DNA of 64,000 nt from Rhynchobatus australiae (Eukaryota). The position numbers and the translations under genes are program-made. The DNA lies in contig JAUZTB010000064.1 in the NCBI GenBank assembly GCA_034780895.1, positions 57,678,159 through 57,742,158 on the forward strand, written 5' to 3'. Positions 52,697-64,000 of this stretch are shown here, one piece after another; the stretch's first letter is position 1, and the number at the start of each line of letters is the position of its first letter. The notes beneath the pieces were generated by a model that worked only from the letters and a program-made list of their open reading frames with translations, had not been told where the DNA came from and did not search any database.

Positions 52697-53329
52697 GTGA
52701 GGCACAGTGTCATTGTAATTGTTATTGAAGCTAACGTGCTCTTGGATTAAAGCTGCTACAGAAAAAATTCCTTTTGAGTCATGTGGTAACTTCTAAATTT
52801 ATGCCTTAAAGTCACAAAGTTTCTCATTTTACAACATGCTCTTCCATTATAATTCATGCCATATCAAAACTATTTGTCCACATTGAAAGCAATTACTTTG
52901 TTGCCTGGGGAAAATTTTAAAGCTTGCTTCAGAGTACATTTTTAAAGATTGTACTGAATATTATTTAATACCAGATGTTCAAAGTGGTAAAGATAGATTC
53001 TTAATTATGATTTCAATAAAGCTTTGTGTTTGTAAAGTATATTTTTGACCAACTAAAGGAAATATGGATTTGAGCAAAGATTGAGTGGGACAGATTTAGC
53101 TCACTTACAATTTTTTTTATTACAGAATTTAATTCATGGGGAAAAATCCATGGGAAAATATTTATTTATTTAATATATCCAAACAATCAGTACATTTTTT
53201 GTATTGCTGTCATTACTGTCACACATTGAACAATTTCATTCCCGTTTTTTCGCAGAGCACATGACAAAGTTCTATTATCTCATGGATTACTTGCAAAGGA
53301 GGTTTTGTAGGGGTAACATATGTAATAAA

Positions 53330-53492
53330 CACTAAAAAATCCTGGAAGTACTCAGTCATTCAGGCAGCATTTGTGCTTCTGACTAAGGATCTTCAACCTG
53401 AAACATTACCTGTTCACACATGTTGCCTAATCCACCAAGTGTTTCCACATTTTCTGTCTTTTTTTCAGATTTCCAGCACCTGCAGTTCTTTT
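53330..53492. mobile_element. Inverted Penelope-like pair with the best-preserved hammerhead-like core
   Basis: CTGGAAGTACTCAG...CAGGCAGCAT (minus half), then CTGACTA-AGG-ATCTTCAA-CCT-GAAAC at 53379-53404 and TTTCAGATTTCCAGCACCTGCAG. Confidence 0.65.
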
Positions 53493-53589
53493 GACACTTA
53501 TACAGTCTTCCTCTGTACAACTAAGTTTTCTCATTTCCCTATCCAGCAGCAGAAGCATTGCTAATATGTTGTTTTCCTCTCCTTTGCAA

Positions 53590-54230
53590 ATTACTTGACT
53601 GCATCCTCCCACATGTACTCCTGGACTTTGGGATGTGCTCAGTGGCGACAAGTAGTCAAGAAACCTGATGACCAAGAAGATCAGCAGGTTTCGGGTGGAC
53701 CACAGGGCCTCTTTCACCAAGTGGATGGTCTTTCAGCACCAACTAATCCCTTACTAGATACATTCCCTGGCAACTCTTTCCACACAGAGCCCTGTGTTAT
53801 TAGGAGACAAAAAAACCCTTCCATAGCTTTCACCCTAAGGTCATCCCAGCAGAAAGCACGATGACCCTTTGTTTCACCCCTGCTGCACTCTCTAGCACAT
53901 ATTCCTGTGGAGCTGAGGCCACAACTGTCATGCAAGGATGGCACAAGGAGGTCCTTCTTCCCCACATCCTGGGGACAGAATGCTTTGTTAAATGGTGCCA
54001 AGCATCTGTCAGGAAAATGCCGAGCTGGGTCTACTCTCTGCTCATTTCTGAGCTAACCATTTCCCTCTGGCACTGTAGATGAAAGGATTCCTCTTCCAGA
54101 ACTTCTCCAGCTGGGCAAAGTGAGGAGGGACAGTCCAGCTTCCCAGGATGTCCTGTGTCTGTTTGGTAGGATGTAACATAGATGCATAGCTTCCCAACTC
54201 TCTGACTCTGGCGATCAGACACTCGGCTTC
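53590..54230 (-). mobile_element. L1/Tx1-clade ORF2 C-terminal remnant
   Basis: Minus strand VKEALWSTRNLLIF (ORF 53427..53720), frameshifted. Confidence 0.65.
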
Positions 54231-55301
54231 AGAAAAAACAAATTATTTGTTTTGAAGAGGATGAGGATAAATTGTCAGAAACATTTTTCATACACATTTT
54301 CAATTGGACAAGAGATTTATTGACTGTTTATGGGAAGGAGGTGAAGCAGTTTGGACTAGAAGCATATTTTATTATGGGCGTTATAAACAATGCTTCTGCT
54401 GATGGCCAGGGAAGCTAGAAAGCTCAACGGAAATCACAGGCGGAAGTCACAGGCACCAGTAAATTCTTGTGGCCGTTGTTACTCTATGTGCATTGTCCAT
54501 GGAAGCTATCTTCATGCACATGTAAAGCACACATCTGAATTATTCTGAAAGATAATGCACTCATCATGAAAGAAAGATTTAGATTAGTTTTGGTGAATTA
54601 AAATATTCCACTTTGCAGAAAATCCTTATCTTCATTTCTCTTGCATGTTTTCTTGTTGAGTCTGCTGTTGGTTTTCAGTCTTTCTAATTAATGATTGAAC
54701 CTAGAAGCAACCTTACATGGCAAAAAAAATTCCGTAATAAGAATAAGCAAGAAAATACCACTGAGAGTTGTTGTGCATTTAATAAGCACTCCTTCCCACA
54801 CCACACTGAGTTAATAATATGCAACTTTGGAGTGCTGTTTGGTCAGTTGCGTATGACAGAATTTCCTTTATGGCACTGCACAAGTAGACCAGATAATCTG
54901 TAAAATTGAATCCAATATATCTGGTAATTGTGTGCTGGCATCACAATGGAATAGTTGTGAAGCAGAAGGGCCGGAAATGCTAATGAGACCTGAAGCATGT
55001 TTGCCCCACTGTTACCTTTAAGAAAATTGCTTGCTATAATTGTTTTTCTTCAACTCTGCATCTTGCCTTACCTCTCAGTAAATTCTTTCCATTTAAGATT
55101 TTTTTTAAATCCTATCTTCACATTAAGTGCCTCTTCAAAAGAAAGATATTCTGTTCAAGTTTTACAGGAAGGTAGTCTAAATTTACTTTTTCCACTTTGT
55201 AGAATTCAGAACAAGAGACAATTTTGTTTCATTAAAGAAATCTGGCTCTGTTTGGTTTGAACTGTCCTTTAATGCAAGCATCTGTCTTGACTGCACAACA
55301 G

Positions 55302-55383
55302 ATTTGCTGTTTCCCATTGATATTTCTTCAGTGAAGAGGGACCACGATTTCCTGGATCGAGATGCAATTGAATCTCTTTGCAG
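55302..55383 (+). CDS. DLC1: DLC1 exon, SAM domain part 2: DLLFPIDISSVKRDHDFLDRDAIESLCR
   Basis: cag acceptor, AG|gtaggc donor, 82 nt, phase 1 to 2, in frame with neighbouring exons. Confidence 0.97.
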
Positions 55384-57354
55384 GTAGGCATCAATTCTTG
55401 GAACCCCTCCAGTTCAGTGTGTGACAGGCTCCTTCCTGATATATGAAATCTAACATTTAATCTCTACCACCACACCACACCACACCCTCCCCCACCTCTC
55501 AAAGACTCCATTCTGTTGTATATCAGCTGATACTAATACTTAAACTATTGCTGTCTCTTGATCTTGAGCCAGATCTAAAAAAGATTGTTGATCTCTGGTG
55601 ATTGTATGGCGCCATTAACTGCAAAGGGTAGTAGCAGATGTTTGTAGAGCAGTTGTCTAATAAGAAATACAAGAGATGGCTAAAGACTTGTCAGCTTATT
55701 AGCCTTTCCCAAGCTACATTGGGTAAAATGGCACCCCTCCAGGGTTGTGTGATGAAACTAAAATAGCTAATGTTTGAGATAGAAGATTCTATCTAAAATG
55801 TGGGAATTATTTACACTCATACCTCCCTGTCCCCAGTATCAGGTGTTGGTGAAAACCTTCTGTCTTAATGTTGAAATGCAATAGAGATTGTGAACTGTTC
55901 TCTTGACTTAATGGCTCTGTCAAAAGATTAGCCAGACAGATCCCGAAGGTGAAGCACTTAGATACTTTGTAACATTCTGTAAGGGAAAACGATGCCGTTG
56001 ATAAGGGAATAACTCCACGTGTACTGTTGCTCACCTGGCTCGGAGGAGAATTTGCCACATTGGAGCAGTGCTGTCTGCTTTGTTTACCTTTCAAGCTGCT
56101 GCCTCCATCACTACAGCTACTTGGCTTATCTGTTGCAGCTGACAGGAGGTTTGTGCGGACGTCGGTGCTCGACAAAATGATTATCAAAGGCATTCTTATC
56201 GGGCGGATTGTTCATATTTTTGTTTCCCACATCAAAGCAACTGGGCCTCCAAAGGAGTGTGATTGCACAGAACAAGGAGAGTTCAGCACAAGTCAGGAAG
56301 AAGGAAATACTTTGAGTTTTTACTGCATAAAAATGAGCATAACATTTTCCCAGTGGCAAAGAGCATTTGATACTCTGCTCCTCACTTGAAATAGGAACTC
56401 ATCTTAAAAAAAAATGTGATGCAGCTACAAATCATATATAGAAGCTGATAGGATGCAGTCGGAGCCATTTGAAAGTGAGATGATCCACAACAGGCCTGTA
56501 CATCTGGATGCAGTAAATTTCTAATTCTTTCACCTTGAAAACTTGAAAGGCCGTAGCGATGTAATACAATGGAAAGAGAGCCTTGTGCAAGAACAATACA
56601 AAGGTATGGATTTACACAATGAGTGAATCGGATGACATGTCCAATGGTCACTGACACAAGGCTAGACAAAGGGCTAAGAACCATAGGGTAAGATACCAAC
56701 CACCATGAATGAAAGGGATAATAGACAAGCTGAAGTAAATCAGGAAGGAGCCCCTGGGTGTCACCCAGCTTGATTTTAAAATATCTGAACATTGTTGGGA
56801 GGAAAACTGAGAGAGGGTTAGAAGTTCTGCATTCTTGAGTTGAAAGTGCATGAGTGGAAAATGGTGTAAATCACAATCTCAGTGCATGCAATGAAGAGGA
56901 GAAACATGCATTATGTTTCACGATTTATAAAGATAATAGTTTTGCTAAATATTTTGGTGATATCATCACTATAGTATTTGGAGATTAGCTATATTCTAAT
57001 GTACTTCAACAAAACATTGAACCTGAATGAAATTGAGGTTTTATTTCTTTTCGAAAAAGAAGTATGTATACATTCCACAGAGTTACCAGGGAAATGCGTG
57101 AGGGCTGTGCTGCAATCTGGTTTGTGCATTTGCCCTTTTGTTCTGCCTTTTTTCCCTACAGCATTGTGATTATCCATTGAGCATAATGGGTACTAATTGG
57201 AGCCTTTCTCACACACATTTTGATGCAGATGGACTATACATGAAGCTGATAGCTCATATTCATAGTGCAGGGAATGGCTGTGAGGAGGATGGCGGGAAGG
57301 ATTTGTCACTTGGTTCAGCTCATCAATAATCAATCTACATTTCCTTCTTTTTAG

Positions 57355-57418
57355 ACGATTGAACACCCTTAATAAATGTGCTGTGATGAAACTCGAAATA
57401 AGCCCACAGAGAAAAAGG
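57355..57418 (+). CDS. DLC1: DLC1 exon, SAM domain end: RLNTLNKCAVMKLEISPQRKR
   Basis: ttccttctttttag acceptor, AGG|gtaagt donor, 64 nt, phase 2 to 0. Confidence 0.97.
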
Positions 57419-60371
57419 GTAAGTTTAATCTTGTGTGGAGTGCTTTCTGAGGGAACGTTCTAGAAATGCGAGACCTTACAAGGATATTTGGATTTAAATC
57501 TTTAAGACATTAGTCATTGACACCCACAATGCAGAGGTAACTAAGTTCTTGTTTGATGAGAAAGTATTATTTAAAAGGTCAATGGAAAATAAGGTTTCAC
57601 TGCTTGATAGACATTCATTAATTTTCAGTTGAGGATGGATTGTTTGGATATGGTATTGTCTAGCCAGCTATCCATAAGGTAGAATACAAAAGGGTATATT
57701 CATGTGAACAAATACCTAACATCTTCCCTCAACAATGGCAGTGTACCAGATTGCTGGTGGTGATCAGTCCACTCACCTCCCTCAAGGGTTGGGGAACCTG
57801 AGAGAAAGGGCTTTATGATTAATACGTACCAGAAGCATGATAACTTTGGATAAGTTTATAAGATACATGGGTAGAATAAGGTTCCAGAGCAGAGTTTTGG
57901 TGGAGTTGATCACCAGATGGGCTAGGGAAATGAAGTGGATTTATTGGTTGTGCTTTGGGCAATACTCCAATTTTTTTCCAGTTGTCACCACCCAGTTGTT
58001 TCTCCTAAATTTTATGTGTCAAAGGCATTTCCCAGAAATTTCCTCCTAAGGATTACAATTTCAGAAATGAAGCTGGCTGCTGTTCAACCCATCAGAAGCA
58101 GTCAGTGCCTCTTCCTCTGTAATGGCTCACCTCATTTTCTGGGGCACTAATGCACTGTACCATACATTCCAGTTGCATTGCTCCTGCCATCAGTCCATGA
58201 ATTTGACTGCAAGCTAATAATGCTGGCGTTCAGTGGGCCAAAGGAATCAGACCCTTTATGACTTGTGCATCAGTAAGGGGTAGAGATTTCTTGCTCATTC
58301 CTTTTGGTGCCGTCCTGCCTCAAATAGGAATTTATGTCAGCGTGCTCGGACCATGCTTAGAAATTCTTACCTCTCTGTCTTTCTCTTGTCAGATTATAGT
58401 ATTTAGTCATCAACTAGCTACTGTGATTTGAGATTGGGGGAGATAAAAGATCACATAGGTATTTGCTTCTGTAAATATAGTTTTGTAAAACAAGTGTACT
58501 ACATAGTGTAATCTCAACTACCATCTAGCTTCAGTANNNNNNNNNNNNNNNNNNNNNNCTCTGTCTCAGTTTAAGGTCCTCATTTCTTGTTACGCAATGT
58601 AAACATCAATAAAGGGTAGTCTCAGAAAAAAGAATGTGCAGCTCTTGCAATTCTGTTTGCTGGACGTGACATTATTCAAATACTTTGTAGTATGTGTCTA
58701 CTATAAAAGCCTTCAGTGTTCAATGAAAATTTTACTAAAGGAATAATTGCATGGTTGTGTTTCTCACAGTGCTGTAATTAAAAGCTGGAGAAATTCCTAG
58801 AAACTTATATTAAACCATAATTTGCTTTGTTGGATGAATAAAGGACATGTTTGTCAAAAATATTCTATAAATTTAAGAACAGTGGCATTTTGTTAATATT
58901 CAGTGCTAAACGGATGATTTGTAAATCTGCAGGTTAATAAGCGCTATGATTCTTGCAAATATATCCATAATAAATTGGAGGCTTAATTTAGTAAATTATT
59001 CTTGGTAATAGAAGATGAATGCTTATTTTGTAGCAATTATTTTTACAAAATTATCAACTCATTTATTCTAAGAAGAATATGTAGAAATATATCAAGCACT
59101 TATTAATTGCAATTTTTAGTCCAGAATGTTATTTGGAAAGAAAGCATTTTTATCTTCTCACTTTCCAAAGGCACAGATGCCTCCCAGTCTCCTCTTAAAG
59201 TGACTGTTACTCTTGGTGACATTTGATGGTAAATGACACAAACATAAAGATTTTGCAAACTGTGGTTTCCCGTTTTAGTCTGTAACATAAGTCTTGGCCT
59301 CAGTCTTTCATCAGTAAACTAATAGTCACTAAAATTCAGAAAAAAAACAGTCAAAAATAACAAACTACTTTAACACCTCAAGCAAAGTATAAATTCTTAA
59401 TTAGGTCACAATGCTAATAAGTCGCCATACAATTTATATTGTCTGACTTCATAATCTTTGGTGCTTGATGTCTGAGAATGGTAATTAGGCACAGTGTTAA
59501 ATTACAGAGCAGATCTGAAACTCCCCAGGTTAGCTTTGCAGTGTCATCTGTAAAAAGGCAACAGGGGAGGACCCTGGGGCACTAACTGTTGAGATTTAAT
59601 GGCCATGTGTCGCCATCTCATTAGTCACAGTTGGGAGAAACACAAGTCCTGAGTCAAACGGAATAGACAAAATTGGATAAGGCTCCAATGTAAGAATATC
59701 ATTACCATTAAGGGAATTCTAAAACCAAATTTCTTTTATAAGATACCCATTAGAAAGGACTTGCCTGTTTTATGAAACAGCACCCAATACTTGTCCTCTC
59801 AATAGCAGTCAATAGAGATGACGAATAAATATCTTTTCACTATATATCAGAAGTGTGGCTAACATCAGAAGTAATGATATTACCTATCTACAATATAGGC
59901 TTCAGCAAACAACCCCATTTACTAGTCACAGATGCAAATATAAATTACAATCCTGACCTAAAACACAGAATTCTGCAAATGCACATTTGACCATTCAGGT
60001 CCAGAAATATAAGTCTGCAATTCTCTGCAGATTCTTTTCATGAAATCCAGCTATTAGATGTCTCGTCTCCACGGATCTTTAGGGACAGGGGTTTTCTCAG
60101 AACTGCTGTAATTGCATCCTGAAGTAAATGGGTTTTCAGCTGAAGCAACAGTAGCAAACAGGAAATTCCAAGCTAAGGTGTCCTGAAGCAAAATGCAGTC
60201 ATAAGATATGTAGGAGAGAGATTCCTATTTGGATCTTTCAGTAAGAAGTATTTATCACTCTGCACAAAATTGTTTCAATTATTAGTTTATCTTTAAGACT
60301 GCAAATTTTAATTTGAAGCTTGTCTTAGCCCTTGTATACATAAGATACCTAATACAAAGTCTACCTGAGAG

Positions 60372-60497
60372 GTCATAGAGTCATATAGCATGGAAACAGG
60401 CCCTTTGGCCCAACTTGTCCATGCCATCCAAGATGTTTATCTAAGCTAATCTTATTTGCCTGTGTTTGACCCATATCCTTCCAAACCTTTCCTATCC
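60372..60497 (-). mobile_element. CR1 3' tail immediately upstream of the large-exon acceptor
   Basis: CATAGAGTCATATAGCATGGAAACAGGCCCTTTGGCCCAAC...CCATATCCTTCCAAACCTTTCCTATCC. Confidence 0.75.
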
Positions 60498-60527
60498 TTT
60501 TAGCTAATAGTTTGTGCTTTCTTACAG

Positions 60528-61948
60528 AGCGAAGATTCAGATGAAGATGAGCCTTGTGCTATCAGTGGCAGATGGACTTTCCAGAGGGACAGCAAACGAT
60601 GGTCACGGTTGGAAGAGTTTGATGTTTTCCCGCCAGCAGAGGTAACAAATGACATCTCTGGCGATGAAGTTTTGCTGAAGAACGCAGTGAGTCATGAAAG
60701 TGTGCTGACTGATCTAAGTGAGCGGCAAGAAGTGGCGTCGATTCACAGTGCTAGCAGCACAGGGAGCAGCGGTGCAAACTTGCAGAAGGATGTGGAGGCC
60801 AAAAGGACAAACTCTGAGATAAGCGTAATTTCTTCAGGGAACTCTATTACAAATGAAGATTCATTCAGCAACCTCCCTTCACCAAAGGATGTCTCCAGTT
60901 TTACCTTCAATGCAAAAGCTGAAAGGAACACAAAATCCAAGGCCAAGAGCTTCTTGAAGAGGATGGAGAGCCTGCGTATTAAAAGTTCCCACAGCAAAAA
61001 GAAGCTTCCTTCAAAAAACAACCTGGTCATCAGTGGACCTGTGCTCCAAGAAGGCATCGATGAGGAAAAATTGAAACGTCTGAACTGCATCGAGATATCT
61101 GCACTCAATGGCAACCACGTCAATGCTCCTATGACCCGAAATCAGAGTGTTTCTTATTCTACACAAACCAGTAGCAGCAGTAGCCAATCAGAGACCAGTA
61201 GTGCAGTTAGCACACCCAGCCCCATCACCAGAACTCGCAGCCGCAGCACATGCAATAAGCGAAGTGGAATGTATTTAGAGGGCTTTGATCCTTTTAGTCA
61301 ATCAATGCTTAACGACACCAGACAACAAAATTTAAAGAATCAGAAGAGCATGGAAGAGGACATTATCTTCTACATACCTGAGGATCACAAGCCAGGCACC
61401 TTTCCTAAAGCACTTTCTAACGGCAACTCCCACCACCCTGACAGTTCTTCTGTCAATTGGCGACATGGAAGTTTTCATGGACACCGACACAAAAGCCTGA
61501 CCAGGGAGAGCAGCGCTGACAGCTCCAAAGAATCCAACTTCGGACGGAGGCGGAACTCATGCAGCTCTCAAGGCAGCCGTCTCAGTATCTATGACAATGT
61601 ACCAGGATCCCACCTTTACTCCAGCACCGGAGATCTAGCAGATCTAGGGAATGAGGAGGATATTTTCCCAGAACTGGATGACATTCTACACCATGTCAAT
61701 GGGCTACAAAGGATTGTAAATCAGTGGTCAGAAAAACTCTCTGATGAGGGGGACTCGGATTCAGCAATGGATTCTATTTCTCCTTGCCCATCTTCCCCCA
61801 AACAAATACACCTGGATATCGAAAATGGCAGGGTCTCTCCTAGTGACGTTGACAGCACTGGGAACTCCATCAATGAGACAGAGGAGCAACCTGCAATCCA
61901 GGAGAGGAGGGATTCAGGTGTTGGTGCATCGCTTACAAGATCAAACAG
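60528..61948 (+). CDS. DLC1: DLC1 large exon: Ser-rich linker / focal adhesion targeting region
   Basis: 1421 nt, cttacag acceptor, AG|gtcagt donor. Encodes SEDSDEDEPCAISGRWTFQRDSKRWSR, FYIPEDHKPGTFPKAL, SRLSIYDNV (tensin-binding), FPELDDILHHV (LD-like), ERRDSGVGASLTR. STQTSSSSSQSETSSAVSTPSP favours DLC1 over STARD13/STARD8. Confidence 0.97.
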
Positions 61949-62399
61949 GTCAGTAAAGTTACTTGTACTTGCAGTGGGCAAGCAGGAGACTAGATTGTAC
62001 AATATACACTCAAGATTAGAGTCTCCTTAAGAATGTGACAATGTTTCCTTGTTGCAGGGAAACCAAATCTGCCTTCTCCATTTACATTCAGGAATCTCAA
62101 AAGAGAGGGATCTAAACAATCTATGAATCCCTTAATTTGCAATGTACTGGACCTTCTTTTCAAAACGTACAGATGTTTCATTAATCTAAAAGACTAAAAA
62201 AGTATTTCAGTTAATATTTTTAGTGACATCTGTGAAAACAACCTTCCTATAACTCTAAATGTTTTCACCATTTTGAGCATATATTTCAGATTTCCAGCAG
62301 CTTTTTTCATACTTGGTTCATACCTAGTGCTGCATGCTAAATGGAACATGTCACTTTACAGTTTTATCACTTTATCTAGGCACAGCTATCAAATACTAG

Positions 62400-62562
62400 A
62401 AATCTAAAATAAAAATGTAAACTGCTGGAAGTCTTACACAGGTCAGGCTACATCTGCAGGAAGAGAACCATAGGGTCTTCAACCTGAAAATGTTAAATCT
62501 GTTTCTCTTCCCACAGTTGTGGCCTGACCTGCTGAGAATTTCCAGCATTTTCTGTTTTTATT
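62400..62562. mobile_element. Inverted Penelope-like pair
   Basis: TGCTGGAA...CAGGTCAGGC (minus half) faces GCCTGACCTG...TTCCAGCA (plus half), with AGGGTCTTCAACCTGAAA between. Confidence 0.65.
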
Positions 62563-62988
62563 AATAATTTTCTATCATTTGGATGTCAGCAGAGATATGG
62601 CAGTGGGCAGGATAGTAGTGGGACTTTAGAAGAGAAATGATCAGTGAGTGTACAGAGTGAACAGTTGTAGATGAATGTAGCAGAAGGATCCTGAAGTTCT
62701 GGTGGATAACTCATGTTTAAAGGTTTCACTTTAGCATAGAATCTCACCACAACAAAACAAAGGAAGGTCAGAGGACCAAAAGTTTCATTTTGGTAGAAGG
62801 TTGTGAAGTTCTGGAAGAGAAGATGGCATAAGTTGTCATCATGTTCAAAGGGGATTTGGAAGGCTTTTTTTTGGAAAGCAACTATCAAGAAATTTTAAAA
62901 ATCATGCATTGTCAAAATGCTAAACTTTGGGACTGACTAGATCCACAGCAATGGTATTTTTTGGTGATATCTTTCCTAGTGGACAGTG

Positions 62989-63263
62989 TGTCACAATGTT
63001 GAGCAAAGACCAAGCTCACAGAGAACCCAAATGCAGCACACTGGTACAGGACTGGAGTCAGGATANNNNNNNNNNNNNNNNNNNNNNNNNNNNNNNNNNN
63101 NNNNNNNNNNNNNNNNNNNNNNNNNNNNNNNNNNNNNNNNNNNNNNNNNNNNNNNNNNNNNNNNNTGTGTGTCATTATGCAATCAGTCCAGCATGGAATC
63201 CATGTGCTGTACAACAAGGCATCTAAGGAGCCAAATTGAGGGTCAGTACTCAGAACCATGACA
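62989..63263 (-). mobile_element. Solo-LTR-like element, third copy, gapped
   Basis: TGTCA...TGACA termini; TSD CAGTG at 62984-62988 and 63264-63268. Confidence 0.85.
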
Positions 63264-63677
63264 CAGTGTATCGATCCTTGAGGCAGATTAAGGAAATAGT
63301 TAATCTCCATCAAAATAAACAAGTTTCAATGCATGGTCCAGAAATGTAGTTTTGATTGAAGTGATAAAGCAGTAATAGCTAACATTAAGACCATATTGAA
63401 AATGCCAAATTATGTTTTATAGGTTTGGTCTTGGAGTCCCAACACTTAAATCTCCTCCAGTAGTGTGCTTTTTGCAATGCCTGGAATATTTATTAAACTT
63501 TTGTGACTGTTGCAATACAGAAACATCAGATTACTGGTTTTGAAATGTTGCTGTTACTTCCATGGTATCAGTAATCATTGTAATCCTCATGAATAATTAT
63601 ACAAATGAGACCTACCTGCTAACCTGCAAAATTGATCATACTGTTCATTTACTTATCTTTATCATTTAATTAAACAG

Positions 63678-63857
63678 GCGACAAAGACTACGGTGGGGCA
63701 GTTTCCAGATATCTCACAGGCCAAGTTTAAATTCAGCCTCTTTGCAGATTAACAGCCAGTCGGTTGCACAAATGAACCTGCTCCAGAAGTTCTCTCTACT
63801 GAAGCTTACTGCCCTGATGGAGAAATATTCACCCTCTAACAAGCATGGATTTAATTG
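63678..63857 (+). CDS. DLC1: DLC1 exon leading into the RhoGAP domain: RQRLRWGSFQISHRPSLNSASLQINSQSVAQMNLLQKFSLLKLTALMEKYSPSNKHGFNW
   Basis: aaacag acceptor, TG|gtgggt donor, 180 nt, phase 2 to 2; translation matches DLC1. Confidence 0.96.
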
Positions 63858-64000
63858 GTGGGTGCCAGTGCATAGCAAAAGAAATGAGTAATGCGGATGA
63901 ACCTTTAAGTGATAATCTGTTGCTATCTGACAGCTGTCTGTGTTATCAAAGTCTGTCCTTGATCAGTACATCTAGTTTTATGCTGCAGAAAACACAGGGT

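Noticed and set aside
60743-62002. Antisense ORFs over the large exon
   Set aside because: Expected shadow of a long coding exon; no independent homology recognised.
61949-62030. ORF 60609..62030 running to a stop as a single-exon protein
   Set aside because: Similarity to DLC1 ends at a good AG|gtcagt donor at 61948 and resumes in frame at 63678; the tail is intron read-through and the TTG start is internal to the exon.

Overview
Vertebrate genomic DNA, most likely a cartilaginous fish (shark or ray), judged from HE1-type V-SINEs, CR1 tails and abundant Penelope-like fragments. The assembly is a draft with many 100-N gaps. The window holds the 5' half of the RhoGAP gene DLC1 (ARHGAP7/STARD12) on the + strand. 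Five internal exons can be read with exact GT-AG boundaries and continuous frame: three SAM-domain exons (52625-52696, 55302-55383, 57355-57418), the large Ser-rich linker exon (60528-61948) and the first RhoGAP-proximal exon (63678-63857). The gene continues past the right edge. A CpG island at about 40.6-42.4 kb contains the DLC1-alpha first exon (MILT), which here has an in-frame ATG-TGA just upstream and a GG instead of GT donor. A second phase-compatible candidate first exon lies at 21979-22036. The rest is intronic or upstream DNA full of decayed transposons: Rex1/Babar, CR1, RTE and Tx1 LINEs, SINEs, three solo-LTR-like elements with 5-bp TSDs, a pogo/Tigger-like MITE with a 35-bp array, and Penelope-derived inverted pairs with decayed hammerhead ribozyme cores. 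No prokaryotic features, CRISPR, tRNA or rRNA genes were seen. Repeat family names and comparisons with human DLC1 come from recalled sequence, not from searches; most TE boundaries are approximate.
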